A stretch of 64,000 nt of DNA, taken from Eremomyces bilateralis CBS 781.70. Lineage: Eukaryota. Position numbers and translations under genes: made by a program. The stretch is from the NCBI GenBank assembly GCA_010015585.1, contig ML975156.1; one strand, given 5' to 3'. The notes below the pieces were generated by a model, which was not told where the DNA came from, did no database searches, and was given only the letters and a program-made list of their open reading frames with translations. This document shows positions 13,272 to 28,600 of this stretch, piece after piece. Positions within the stretch are counted from its first letter, which is position 1. Every line of letters starts with the position of its first letter.

Positions 13272-14600
13272 ATGGCTGCATCTGCCTGGTCTCGTCTCCC
13301 TTTCATTTGGCTACAGTTGAGCGTAATTACCTTGTCTCTTGCCATCCCAGATCAGAGCTACGAATCAGTTCACCGTGTCCCACAATCGAACCCCGTTGCA
13401 CCATCTTCTAACCCGTTCGACAACTCTTGGATTGCTAACTGGGCTGTCATCGGTGACTCCTATGCCGCCGGACTCGGAGCCGGCCAACGCCTGGATTATG
13501 GCTGCTCCCGCTACTCCGGCGGCTACCCGAGTCTAATCGCAGCAGACGACCGGTTTGGCGTCAATCCCAATCGGACGTCTCAGTTTCTCGCCTGTTCGGG
13601 GAAGACGACGTCTGACATACTGGACAAGCAGGTTCCATACGCCCACGACAACCTTGACCTTCTCCTTATATCGGCGGGCGGTAACGATGTCTTACTCGGC
13701 GATGTTTTGGATAGCTGCATCTTCCAGTGGAAGAATGGTGACACCGAGAAGTGCGAGAGAACGCTGGATAATAGCCAGAGTCTGATCGATCATGATCTCC
13801 CCAACAACCTCGATAAACTCCTAGACGCGGTCATTCCCAAATTGCAGCCGGAAGGTCGGATATATTGGCCGGGCTACGCGCAGTTCTTCGGAGAGAGTCC
13901 GTTTTGCAACAATGTCAGCTGGAGCGTATGGCCGTGGATGCCAATGACCGAGAAGCAGATGCTGACTCTCGAGCGCCGACAACTGATGAACAACATGGTG
14001 GCGCAAACGAACCTCCGGATCAAAGAAGCGATTGAGAGGGCGAACAACAAGGTCAACAAGATCGGAAAACATCAGATACCTTCACCGATCGCCTTCGTGG
14101 ACTGGGACTGGACGTCCCGAATGGCCGAAGGGAGATTCTGTGAAATGGACGTGAAAGAGCCGGATCCGATGAGGAATAAACTGATGTTCTTCGAATGGAA
14201 TACGTTGGACGACGGCGATGACCCGACCATCATCACTCGACCGGCTGACCCCGTGCCTGCGGATTCGTTCGAAGGCAGCATCGGCAAATGGGCGCTCGAG
14301 ACCCTCGCTGAGCATCCTGACTGGCTGGAATTCGGGCCGGACGGGACGGAGCCGGTCAATTTGGACCCAAATCTCATCGAGGTTGCCATGAGGGAAAGAG
14401 AGGCGTATGCAGAGACGGGGTTGGACGGTATTATTTCTTGGTTTGTGCCGGACTCGTGGAAGAGGGTGTTTCATCCGAGGGCGTTGGGTCATAGGATCAT
14501 TGCGGATATGGTGCTGCATACCATGGCGGTTGATAGAGCGAAGTGGTTGAAGATCCAACCACCGGAACCACAAGGCTACGCTAGGTTGGAGTTGAGATAG
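13272..14600 (+). CDS. Secreted SGNH/GDSL hydrolase (lipase/esterase)
   Basis: Signal peptide; block I VIGDSYAAG, ACSG, block III SAGGND, block V FHPRALGH; single exon. Confidence 0.9.
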   Translation: MAASAWSRLPFIWLQLSVITLSLAIPDQSYESVHRVPQSNPVAPSSNPFDNSWIANWAVIGDSYAAGLGAGQRLDYGCSRYSGGYPSLIAADDRFGVNPNRTSQFLACSGKTTSDILDKQVPYAHDNLDLLLISAGGNDVLLGDVLDSCIFQWKNGDTEKCERTLDNSQSLIDHDLPNNLDKLLDAVIPKLQPEGRIYWPGYAQFFGESPFCNNVSWSVWPWMPMTEKQMLTLERRQLMNNMVAQTNLRIKEAIERANNKVNKIGKHQIPSPIAFVDWDWTSRMAEGRFCEMDVKEPDPMRNKLMFFEWNTLDDGDDPTIITRPADPVPADSFEGSIGKWALETLAEHPDWLEFGPDGTEPVNLDPNLIEVAMREREAYAETGLDGIISWFVPDSWKRVFHPRALGHRIIADMVLHTMAVDRAKWLKIQPPEPQGYARLELR

Positions 14601-15279
14601 GTATCTCGGGTATCATGGAGCTCTCATGATTGTATGAAATGATAATAGGCTTCTATGGATTGCACATATTGAGGGCTGAGGGCCAGATAGGCTGGGAAAT
14701 GCCTGTGAAATCGATGTGCGACTTGCGAGATACACCCATCGTTACGAAGGCCTCACCAAATGCTGCGCGTATTGTCTCGTGTTTCTGATGGGAGCATCTT
14801 ACGAAACTGCAAGGCTTCAACTTCATCGCGGCTCCCAGATGCTCCTAGAGAATCACGCCAGAGACGTGAGAGAAGTGTCCCAGGTAAGTCCCAAATATTC
14901 TTGATAATACCACCATGATGATCGCGTATAGAACCCTTCGCCTTATCGCCTTCGGACACCAATGAAAATTGGTAGCGATGGATAGAGTATTCTGGATCTA
15001 ACCCCATTGGTCCTAGTGTATGGGGACCGTCGAAGTTCACGTCAAAAAGTTCCAGATCCGCAACATTTTGAACGTCTTGGACTGCAACGGCCTCGCTGCC
15101 TCGTTTATCACCTTTGTCCACTTGCCGTGCTCAACACATTTGCTTCGTGTACTTATATGAGTTGGTAATTCTTCCTTTGCATTAACCTTGGTTTTACAAA
15201 ACCCCTCCGCAAACCTTAATTCTTTGTGCGCTTGCCTGGTTTTCCGAAAAATCGAAACTTCAAACACCGATACGTCAAT

Positions 15280-16663
<1,384 letters not shown>

Positions 16664-17325
16664 GCGGTTGACACGGTCCTAATCTGCAAACGCATTGCAT
16701 GAGTTTCGGAGTTACCACGAGTATCTGACGACGGGAAGACGATGCCTCGGGTATCTGGCTTTCATATCCTGGGTTTTCTATAGACATGAGGCATGACCGA
16801 TCCCCCTTTTCGGGCCTTGGAATGTGGGCTCAACCTGACCTGTAGTACGAATGATAATTGGCCCTTTTCTGGCTGTTGCGATGCGTCCTGGCGTGAGGTG
16901 ACATTTGAGATCGGTTCACCAGGCCCTTCCGCCGTCCGCCATCCACAAGCAGCGCGTGAATTGCCTGTCGGTGACACAGGCGGGTAGAGTGGCATAACAC
17001 GAGGGTTGGCATCTGTCCAGACCATGGATTTATCCTATCATACTCTGCCGTCAGTCTCAACTCAGGTGCTGACTGAACGCATGCAGGAATTCCTGCCTCA
17101 GGCTCTAACTCACCGATGTGTGGCCACATCGCATGCACGTCCAATCTGTCGGTTCCTTATATCGTATGCCACGTGGTTAAGCCACCCACCCACGCTCCAC
17201 TGGTGGGGGTCTAATTACCAGCAAGTTGATCTTGGCGAACCGTAGCATGTCACCACAGGAAGTGCTTCATCTGGATAGCATCTCGGTACTCTCGCAGGCA
17301 CCGGAACGTTGGCGGTACTACTATT

Positions 17326-19180
17326 GTGAGTCGAAGAATTTCATCCCTTAGTCGTCATCGAATATGGGGATACTGCGAGGAAGACATTTGGCATCTAGCG
17401 GACGTCGAAGAACTCAAGTTTGCCATCGTCGGTTCACTCCTCGCAATCCGAGCCGGTCAACAAGCCATCGCCACTGCCATTCATCCTAATCCTGAACACG
17501 ACGAGGATAGTGAAGATGAGGACGTGGACGTGGACTGGGTGTCAACGGGACCGGCTTCATTGAATAACCCCTCCGCAGATGACTTGAAACGAAAATTCCT
17601 GGATTGATTAGCGGAGGTGCTGGCACGGGAAAAGAGCTTTCCCCAGGACCGCAACCGAAAAGATGCGAAGCATGTCGCTGCTACCGGATGGATAAATCAC
17701 AACGATAATCTCCCAACTACAACCGTTTTGGCAAAGAATGAAGGACTGAACAATCGCGACACCAGAATGGCAACGTGGCTCCAGTCATGGCTTCAGGCCA
17801 TTTCAGTGACAGGTCGACCTTCACTAAATCAAAACTATGCACTCTGGATCGGAAACAAGACTCATGAGGGACTCCTTGAGTACTCCCGCAGTCGGTTGGG
17901 ATATTACATATCCCCAATTAACCAGCTTTCTCGCTCCATGGAGATAGTCCTAGCCAATTTAGGAGACTACGCTTCCTTAGTCACGCGCCTTCAAAGTCTC
18001 TCAGCCGATTTTGAATCGGACTCGAACCCCAAAACCACAGATCAACTTCGTCAGATAGTAGACGCAGCATATCAAGTACGCTCTATCTGGGGGCAAACTA
18101 CGGACGGCATCCAAGTTTCTAAGGTACTGCGGCCAATACATATGCTAGGCCGACTGCGCGCTGCATATGAATGCTTCAAAACTACGGCGCTCAGCTTTTC
18201 GGACTTCAGGAGCGTGGAGATACAACCAGTGGAGATTCCTCGTTACGTGAAGATTAACGCCATGGCTTTCCGAAAAGTGGTTCAGGACATTGCGCAGAAG
18301 GATGGAATCAACAAGCGTCTTCTCAAAACAACATCGGCGCAGAAGTACATGGACGCAAGTCAACTACATATCCATGCGGAAGTTCAGATACTGGTCGCTA
18401 TAGAAGGCGACCCTAGGTGACCTCGGCGCGCGCATCGCTACCTTGGAACCAGCAGAAAGCCATGCTTGCTATGCCACACATTTTTGAACGCCTACATCAA
18501 ACTCTCCATGGACGGCGACCGCTCCTCAGCCTTTACATCTCGCCCATCTTATGGGAAGATGTATCCATTGTAGACTTTGCCTCGAATCCACGCTGCGGGA
18601 CGTAACGTTAATATGTCCCTGGCAACGGCGGTGATAAGGACGCGTGGTCAGATTCAGGGGAAATTGGAGCGACAAGATCTAAATCGGCGACCACCGAAAG
18701 CGGAGTCTTCTGCTGGTATTACCCAGAGCGGGACATACACCAGCGGGAGCAATCAACTGAAGAAACAGCATCTGGCAAATCAAAGAGCAGCTATGGCTAC
18801 GAAGAAAACCAAGAGCATCGATAATCACTCTCCATTTGGAGCCAAAGTAAAGCTAGTGCAAGTAAAACTTCTCCTTGCTAGCGGAGAAGAGCCGAAGTTG
18901 GTTCCCATCGACTTCCATATGCTTCCAAAGAAAAGGGACCTCAGAACCTAGGAGTATGGGAGTAATTATATACCGAATTTTCATGACTATTGGGGCGCTT
19001 GCCAGTTTGATCGAGGATTCCGGGAGATCAAATCATTGGAAGGATAGTACCGGATTTACTGGAATGAGGCTGACGAGCTTCCCGAAAACGAATATGTCAA
19101 GAGTCTTATTGGTATCAAGAATATTGACTTCGCCAGACGACTTTGGTAGGGTCATGTCATCCTACCCTCAAACCTTATAA
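17326..19180 (+). pseudogene. Pseudogene of a zinc-dependent nucleic-acid/nucleotide deaminase-fold protein (fungal OTT_1508-like)
   Basis: One frame interrupted by stops at 17605, 18418, 18571, 18949 and later. It carries HIHAEVQIL (18367-) and YLGTSRKPCLLCH (18439-), plus KFLD*LAEVLAREK and GKMYPL*TLP. Boundaries are approximate. Confidence 0.75.
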
Positions 19181-20020
19181 AATGGTTACACCACATCGAC
19201 TGAATCTGACTGAAGTTGGCAACGGCTGAGGTGATATGAATGAGGAGATTCATGGCTTCCTCTGAATAGTTGGTGGCCCTAGTGGTCTACAAGCGGCCTT
19301 CATCAATAATTGGGTACGGGAATAATAGCTAAAATCGGAATGAACAATGCTTGCGGCAAATATTAAGACCAATCCACAGACCAGGGGCCTGACAGAGAGG
19401 CGACACGATTTGCGTTCAAACAACAGCGATGGCGGAGACCACAAACAGATAATTCCTCATACGTTAGAGAATCACAAGAATTCGCTTGTTTTGAATAACA
19501 CTGCGTAGAGGCCACGCTGGCGTGCTTGGGTGCCTAAAATATCGTCGATATCAGTGTCCATCAGTGCCACGCCACATGTAAATTCTGTTGCGGATGAACT
19601 CTCTGGTATTTTAATTTGACACTCGAGACTTTTCCTTAAACCATTGTAATGTGACAAAGGCCCTGTCTTCGTGAAGAAGAGCGATCTCAGTCGCGCTAGT
19701 TTGGCCGACAACCAAGACCTTTAGGAACAAGTCTATGGAAGTACTGGGCGAACATATCGAGGGCTGCTGGAAGATATTGAAAACGCTAATATGCTACATA
19801 TTTACATGGGAAGTCCGTTGCAAAGACTGACCTTCAAGTCCGAAATGTTAGGTCCCTCATAAGGGAAAGGAGGTTTAAACTTCAGTTGACAGCTGGGCAC
19901 AACTATGACAAGTTCATGATGGGCCGAGGATGGATGCCAAACAGACTGGAATTACCAATGACCAGATTCAGGACAATGTCGGATCTATAATTGATGCAGC
20001 GCTGCGGTTCATCTCCCAGG

Positions 20021-21915
20021 CTACGATTTCTGTCTAAGACCGTTGGTAAGACTGCTATCATGTCCATTTGCCAATCCATTGCTCTCCCACGGCACGTCAC
20101 GGAAGTATACCACACCTCCAGGGGTATCCGCCAGCGGGTTGCCTTCTCCCTGGCCCGCCGTACCAGCGGTATTATTGAACCCGCAATTCTCATAAAACTT
20201 CTCCTTCCCGTAGGCAGCGATCACGCTAGCGCAGATATTCTCCTCCTTCGCTCTGTCCAAGCCCCACTGCACGAGAGCGCGTCCGTGTCCCTGACCATGG
20301 TACTCAGGCGCAACTGCAAGCCACTCGAGATACCACGACTCTTCTCGAGAACCGGTCCAGGGATTGATAAAGGGGTAGGCTCGCTCGATTACGTCTTCTA
20401 GGTCGGGATGAGCAGCACGGTTGGGAAAGAAGCAGGAGGTGATGGAGGTGTAGAGGTGGGAAAGGGGTAGGATGATGCGGCCTATTTGGTTAAGAATTAG
20501 TGTCTGCTATTAGGATTTGGTTTGGCTACGAGTAGTGCAAAGATTGGAGAGCATCCAAACGGATTGTAAAGACTCGGAACGCAGGAGATTCGGAAGTAAG
20601 AGTATCGCTTGAAGACTCCAGGGCCAACAGAGCTGCAATTGATGCTCCAGAGCACTTTCGAGAAAGAGGAATGTCCAAGCCGCATCATGTTAGTTACAGC
20701 ACACCCATTTTTGCCTTGCTATGGTAGCTTTCGAGCCGTGAGGCTTGGCCCTCCGGACTCGCAAGTCTCAACCCAGTGACATCCTTCGATGTTGAGTAAC
20801 AGTTCGCCCTTGACGTGAGGGTAGATGGCACTCTGAAACCCAATGCATTCGAAACGGATCACACTGCGTCGATGTCGCAGTCTGGATTTGCATCCAGGTC
20901 CTGAATGCACCAGTCCAATGGACATCTATCCTAGGAAAGAATACATGGGGGAATCGCAGTCGGAAAAGAAACGGACGAGTGTCACAAAAGTTGCTGCACG
21001 AGCGACCGAATCGAGACCACATCTTGCGTAGAGGCTTGGAACGCAAGACAAGGCAGAGCACAGATGTAGAATTCTCCGGTAGGGCAATGAGGAAGCTGGG
21101 ATAGCAGTGGACCTGTTTCAGGACCTACAAGGTGCTAGGAGCCAACCAGCCACCAAGAGTATGGACGCTCTCAATCTGGCATGTTGTGCTGGTTACTCTA
21201 ACCTCAGACACGCAGTTTATAAAAAGGAACAAAGGGTTTCTGAAACGCGGGGCGTATCTTAACAAGTGCTGAGAACAAGGGCCGGAAAAGACGTTGAGCG
21301 CCACTGTGATAGTGGCAATATGTGAATGTGAGCCCTCACATGGGAGGAAGACGTTGAAAGAACAGGTCAATGCGCGAAGGGACAGGGCAGCTACTCGAAA
21401 ACTATAGTCCAGGTCCGAAAAAATATTCTGAGGGCAAGAGTATGGCCGGAATAGATGGAAATGAGCAGACAAAGCAGTTGTGCAGCAAAACAGGACATTT
21501 TGAACCAGGTTGGAGTTCGAATATAAAGCAAAAAGCATGGAATGATATAGGAGGAAATATTGAGACACTTACGAGGATCCCACCACCTTAACCCGTATTT
21601 CTTTGCTCCCTCAGGACCCAGCCTCGCCCAATGAGCGACACCAGTAACTATCTCTTTTCCTATTTTCTCGTCGTTCACGGTTGATACAATGAAGCGATGC
21701 GTCCAATCCCACCACTCCACCTGCATCCTTCGCAGCCAGTAGAGGTCATTGTCGGCAGGGTACTTCTCTCGGTATGGGTGGATGTAATCACCAAATAATA
21801 CATCTTTCCAAAATCCACGGGCGTAGACGTTGGCCAAGGTAGGTTGTTCAGAGCGACGGGCGGGGCGGAGAGAGAAGGGCGGAAGGGCGGGGCGGGGGTT
21901 GATAGAAGTAGCCAT
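20021..21915 (-). CDS. GNAT-family N-acetyltransferase with a 1091-nt intron (21572-20482)
   Basis: Exon 1 ends ...LRWWDP|GTAAGT. The CTAAT..TAG acceptor joins in frame to RIILPL...PNRAAHP...WYLEWLAVAPEYHGQGHGRALVQWG...FYENCGF. Confidence 0.88.
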
Positions 21916-24178
21916 GGCTGATCGGCGAGCGAGTGTTTGGCACGTGGGAGGGAAGGACCGGTATGTGAGCGGACACCAAAGTCCAAGAACTTAGGACTGG
22001 TTGCCTGGCCTTAATAAGAGACAAAAATAATGATAGATCGTCGGGGCACCGATACGGCAATCCAAGGAATGGAAGATTAGAAGGAGATCGACTGGGCCAC
22101 GAAGAAGTGGAAGAAGGGGAACGATACGGGCACAAGCCACAAGGTCTGGTTTCCTGTGCCCTAAAACAAATTACAAATCGTTTTCTTCTCCGCTGAAAGT
22201 CATGTTAGGCTGCACGTTTCGATTCTTGAGAGGATCGATGAAAACTGCCGATCAAATTCCCTTTCGTAACGGGAGGTCTAAGGAGCCGCTCTTTAGCGGG
22301 CAGGTCCGCTCCACCGTCTATCGGCGATCCGCGGCTCTGGCGAACAATGAAATCGTTCGATAGCAATTCCTTGCCAGCCTGAAGGGGGGGAAGATCGGCT
22401 GTTCGAGAAAGCTTTCGTCGTTCCAAGTCTCCGAGTTTCATGATTCGACCACCGATCCACCAAAGGCGACCGCGAGACTTGATAGGGAAGACAACCATGA
22501 TCTAAGTGGGGAAGAAAAGAAATCCCACCGTCGTGGGACCCTAGCCTTTAGCGCCGGGCAGGGTACGAAATCCCACGTTCCCTGACTCGCATGCGGAATA
22601 GAACAAATGCAATTGATCATTAATGTTGATTAGAAGGGAGAACAGAGAACTGCGGTTCGGCCGAAAAGGGAGGGATATGATCCAGAATAACGGGAACAGA
22701 GTATTTTACATTGTCCCAATAACTATACTGGGAATCTTGTTAGCACATCGCAGTATCAGATTAGACAGAGGTTCCTCGTTCATCTTGTTGGGGGGTCCTC
22801 CGACATCGCCTTATTGTACTATCTCTCGCCCCAACGAAGGCTTCGTCCAGCGTACCGGGGTAATCTCGACTTTGTCGACGCAAAAAAGCTGCGACGGGCT
22901 CAAGCGCAATCGCAGAACGGCAGAAATCAGAATTGAAAATTCACACCAAGAGACTAAGAGAGGGTCACCAGGGCCCCTAGCATCACTGACAATTGTGCCA
23001 TACCCCAGCAGGATTGAAATAGGAACATTCTAATAAGCGACCAGGGAGAGAGGGCTGGCACTAAGCTTGCAGGAACTAGCACTCGCCTATCCGACGTGGT
23101 GGGATGCTCCCTCCGTCCCTCGATGGGATACTCACCCGACCGCTGCAGCGAGTCAGCGAGCCAGTGGAGTGAAACTGAGGAATACTTAACCTGGGTAATA
23201 ACAATAGTACCTTGGCTTGTACGGAATACCAGTACGGCAGCTATCGAGGTCAGAAAAGGAAAATGACCAGGTAGGTACCATGTCAAAAGTCGGGGCCTCA
23301 GGGGACATCATGATGATTCCGGATCCCCCGGAAGGTCGATGGAAGGGAACGCATGAACTGTTGGTGAATCTGTAGTGCTAGTGTGATCGGTCATCGAAAA
23401 GAATATTTGAAGTCTGGATCGAGCACGGAATACGCCTCGTGTGGGAGAATCAGGAGCGGCGATCTAGGAACGGGAGATGCTTGGGACGAAGAGGGTGTGA
23501 ACGAACGGGCGAATATCCAAACTGCTGGGACACATGGGTGATAAAGGCTGCTGTTTGGCCGTTGTGAAACGTTGCTCCGTGGGATGGGACCTGGGGATGG
23601 CTGTTCGCATCACGCTGCTGTGTAACTTCAAATCTCTACTTTCGGGGGATTTCACGCTGTGACACTGTGACGGATTCATCTGTGACCACCGTGCCTGTCC
23701 CAAATAATATTGAAACGGCAATATTGCATTGAGTACGGAGTACGAGGACTGTGTAACATAGAACGGTCAATTATCGATATAAGGGTTTGGATATTGACAA
23801 CCCAAATTTGGGATATGTACCGAAATATAATCAAAAGTCCGTGATTTCACCAACCATGGGGTGTTGTCGAACGATCGTTGGTTAATTAATTGCTCCTCAC
23901 GAAATGGCCGTCTCGGCGCTCTATCTCTATCTCTATCCGGATTTGTAGCGTACAGTCGAAATCTTCAATCCATACTTTTCCACTCTTTTGATATGTGGTA
24001 CACCGAGGGGTTCGCCATCCGTGTAACGCCAGTCATAGAGCCAACTAAGAGGAAGCACATGACCATCATATATACATAATACAAGTGTCCAAAAACTGTA
24101 CCAGCTAGAACGCTCATCCTGTGACACCAATACGCTGAGATACAACTTGAAATCGATGGCAAGATCAGAATCCCTCAT

Positions 24179-25620
24179 CTAGTGAGGCCGATTATATGAG
24201 ACGGTCCACTGAACGTCCCGGCCTTTGTACTGCGTTAGTATCAACAAGGTTTCACACGAGACTGGATTAGAAGCCCAGGGGTAACTCACGGATGATCATC
24301 TCCTGACTATTTCCACTCGTCACGCTACTCTCCTCCCCTTCCGTTGACGCCCCCTTCCCATAAATGCTCGTCGTGGTTTGCAGTGCGTCAGTTCTCAGCC
24401 TGTCAGCGGTGCTGTCGGCGTGGCTCCGATTCAACGTCTGCTCTCGGCTTTTGTGGCCGCTGCCAGTATGCAGGGAGTTCATCTCGTAGTTTCGCGAGCC
24501 ATATCCGTAGGTGAGCCCGGCGATCTCAAGCCCAAAGCCCGAGTTGAAGGACCGCATGAAGGTCTTGAGGTTGGGAATGCTGGCTGCCATAAGTGACCAG
24601 CAGAGGAGGAATTGCGTCCAGACAATGGCGGAAGATATGGTGAAACTGGGGACTGGAGAGCTGACGGTCGGAAGGAAAAAGTAGAGCTTCAAGGCGGTGA
24701 AGGCAATTACGCTATGGGCGGTCAGGGGTTTGCTACGCAGAATTGTCATAAATTGAAGGGCAGACTTACGGGATGCGTAGCCAGAACGCGAAGATGACTT
24801 GGAACCTTCGCTCCCAGCTCATTTGCAGCGGGAGAATGAGCCAGGTAGGCAAAACGAGGAGGATTATCTCAATCGCAATGTCAACTCCAATGACTAGCCG
24901 CCACCTCAAGAGCTATATTAAGGTTAGAAAACGGAACAGCGGGTAATCATGCTGGGAGACACGAACCTGTGATGGACATTTCGCATCAGTTAGATCAGTC
25001 AATAAAGACTTAGGATCGCATGCCACAGATAACGCAACGATTGAGCCGGCCCCCCACGCGATAGCTAAGGTAATGGTTATAGCAGCGACCATGGACAGCT
25101 TCTTCATGTCTCGTGTGAAGAGTCGAAGGATCAGACACAGCACCGAACATTTGGAGAGGCAGTGCGCAACAACGAACATAATATTGGAAGCGAATAGCGC
25201 CTGACAGGGAGGTTAATACCAATGGATCTTTGCATTTGTTGGATGCCAATACATACCACTCCAGCTTGCTCAACCTCGCCAGGAGGGATCAAAGATGGGA
25301 CTTTGCCTAAGCCATACTTCAAGGACAAGGCGATGGCAGCTACTTGAGCGCCGTGAAAGATCTGTAATACGATGTTAGTACCGAACCGCAGACCTGGCCT
25401 TAAACGCTGAACTTACAGTTGAGGCGAAGATCGTCCAGTCATCGAAACCATACAAGCCCCATTTGATATGACCTCGCACCACCAAAGAGAGTACGGTATA
25501 TACAATGAAGAGGATTGTTGCGATGTAGATATAACCAGCATGGTTGCCATCAATGATGGGTGAAAACCTCGATGGATCAGGGAACGGGGACGGATCCGGT
25601 GCAGGAATAGAGGGGTCCAT
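24179..25620 (-). CDS. Pth11-like 7-TM integral membrane protein (fungal rhodopsin-like GPCR family, no CFEM seen), multi-intron
   Basis: YGFDDWTIF, KYGLGK, LSKCSVLCLILRLF, WSLMAASIPNLKTF; typical tail SQEMII|RDVQWTV. Confidence 0.85.
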
Positions 25621-28600
25621 CGTGCATATCCCCCGTTGAAGGAAATGTTCAGTGAGAGAATGTAGTGGAAACGAATATAGATAATGTATCGGTGAACAAC
25701 TCGCGACGACGGGCTGCTGACCTGTTCAAGAAGAGGAGAGGTGGGCTATTGATGTACAATCTTCCTTGAGTCGCACACTCTCAAGGTATCACCAGATCGT
25801 CCAGGATACTGGGCAAAGTGCACCTAGCAACGACGGTGACATGAAGAAGATGTAACAGCCTTCTGATTCAACGGTCCCTGGCAGGGAATGCACAGCTCAA
25901 GCTGGTGCGATGCTTGGATTCGACCCAAGAAAACGGTACAGAACGTCGCGGAAGGAAAGATAGAGATCGCGATGAGAAGTACGAAGATAGGCACGCATGG
26001 TGGTGCGCCAGGCCCACGGGATGCATCAGAAACGCAGCAGACAGTGACGTCTATGGTATTAGGGATGATTGGTAAAATGTGCCTAAATCCCCTAACAGTC
26101 GTAAGTCCTCCAGAGGATCCTAGGAATCTGCTCACTTCAGCTGGTCCCAAGCTATTGGCACCAGCGCTCCTAAGACCTTGCTTTGATGTGATCCTGCCTA
26201 ATCCTGCTTGGTGCATCCCGATATCAACCATGTTGCAGTCAGGTCGGCTTCCCGGACTTACCCAGTATTACTGCGCCAGAAGCTGCGCACGGGATGATCC
26301 TCGCTCCGGCCAGGTCTCGGTTTCTCTAGTGGAATTGTGGAAGGTATCCTTTCCCTCTACCTCCCGTCCATACAGGATCCTTAGAGTGGTAGATCACATT
26401 GCGAGAAGCAGGATAGACCATTAGCTCAATGAGAAAGGGACATCCACTGAACTAGTGAAGATATAAAGAAGAGGAATTTAGAGCTCTCGACAAGGCAGCC
26501 GGATTCCGAATTACCGAACATTGCCTGAGGTGATTCAGATGGCGGCTAGGATGTCTTCGCTTTCTGGTGATCTAAACGTTGAGAATGGTGAGTTGGTGAT
26601 GCATGGTCAAGGGGCTGTGGCTTGTTGAATTTGCGAGATATCTCGGTTGACGGCGACCAAGCTTCGAGCTTGGGTACGGGTAATACCAGGTAGCACTTCG
26701 TTTGAAACCATCATCACATCATAGCCCTCAAGGATGTAAGCTTTGGGAACCCGAGTTTTGGGAACTCATATTTGTGCGACCATTTATTTTCTCGATTCAT
26801 CTCAGTTCACACTCTTGTCACGTACATTCCCTGGTGGCATCAACTCGCTCTCGAGAATGTCCCCGTCTCTTCACCGTCAGTCGGTTACGTTCAGATGCGA
26901 GGGAAGCCGCGATAAGATGAAACCGAACAGAAACCCCCGGGCCAAATATAAGCATGACTAGCTATATCGAGAATCGTATGCCGGGAAGGCTGATTGGAGG
27001 GTCCTCCCCCCACGTTGACCTGAACAACGACGCGACATTATACGTGAAGCCATTCTATGTCCTTCTCGCAGTTGATTCGTACTAGCCATTGGGCTATTGG
27101 ACGCCACAGTCATTACATATTACTACAATGTCGCCTCACCATAAGCTTATTTTAGTTCAATTTCTTGAATCGGAGATGCTGCATCGATTCCGTGCGGTGT
27201 TCCGTATTCACAATTCAGGAATCAGGACTCTGGTCAGGACGGAAACCAGAGCATGGGGGTAGTTCGGACGGCAGCTTTACTGGGTACATGCGGCTGTCTG
27301 TGCTACGTCGGCGGATGTCATCGGGCGCAATGATGCTCTTCCGATATCGCCATTCGCCAATTCCACGTTCCTGATTGTGGACGTTGATTGTCTACCAGCA
27401 GCCGATCGAATCACGCAACCTTCCTATAGGGCATAGGCTTATATACCTACCTTACATTTCCTAATGTCGATCCTTCTACGATGCGATCGATCGCCGGGCT
27501 CAGAAAGGCAGTGATATGCCATCTTAATGCCCGGGAGCGACTAGAAAGGTGAAGGATGACAATGCTACGATCTTGCTACTCCGTACTAGCGTATTCTACC
27601 CTATTCCGTCGACATCCCGTCGTTGCGGGCGAGTCATGGACAAACGTTTCGATTGGACGGGGGAATCGGGAAGCGCGGGAACCAATCTGGGAGGGTCGTC
27701 CCGCGGCTGTGGAACGTACCCTGTTTTCCTTTGACTAGCGCAGCCATTAGCGCAACAATTGGGCTTGGCATATCAAGGATCCTTAAGTTCTTGAACCCTC
27801 CAATTCAGTGTTACCTGTCACCCAGCCAGTCACCAGCTGCAAAACTCACCAACTTCAATTGTTCAGAACACCCTTTTCAGATTATCCCCCCTCATTCTGC
27901 CTTTTGCCACTTTGTCTGATTCAGGTAACTCTCAGTGCTGATCCATTCTCTTCTCACGAAAACAAAGTCTTTGAACGATTCAGTCACTATCTCACTAACA
28001 AAATCGCGCTGCAAACGATCGCGATGGGCATGATGCGGGTCGGTGGAGCGATATCAGACCAGATTCACTTGATCGCCTTGTGGAAGGCCAGGGGTCTCGA
28101 TTTGAGGTGGGAGGTGGTTATCGGAGAGATCTGTCGAATGTGGATCGCTAGGTCGAAATGGAGCACTGCTATGGTGAGCACCCATCCTGCGTAGGCATGC
28201 AACGCCACCAAAGTCGGCAATTATTTGTTATACTATGTACAAATCTGTATCCTTCTTTACTTTTGAAAAAAAGTTATATCCTAACGGTCAGTAACTTGGC
28301 AAAATACGGAGTCTCTTCTTCCGAAACATCCGTCAAGAATTTCAAATTGCCTTCAAGAACGCCTGGAGAAAAGTTGAATAATGCAAGTGGCTTTTGTTGA
28401 TAATGACCCTGACTGTCCTGCATTCCTGCAACATTAATACTGGGTAAGCATACAAACACAGCAAGGTAACCCGAACCCTGGTTCCGGGCGCAAAAGGTCC
28501 GTGTCGGGGTCAACGATGACCAGACGTCCACTTCAGAGTCCAGACTCAACAACCAGTCTCAAATCTCACTGTCTCAGAGGCTCAGGCTATTTGAGCAGCA

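Noticed and set aside
14753..15121. 122-aa minus-strand ORF between the SGNH gene and HMT1
   Set aside because: No recognisable motif and no real ATG start; cannot be supported as a gene.
17605..18951. Rescue of the deaminase gene's stops by sexual-stage A-to-I editing (UAG/UGA to UGG)
   Set aside because: There are too many stops, and the one at 17605 sits where Arg rather than Trp is expected. Decay is the simpler explanation.
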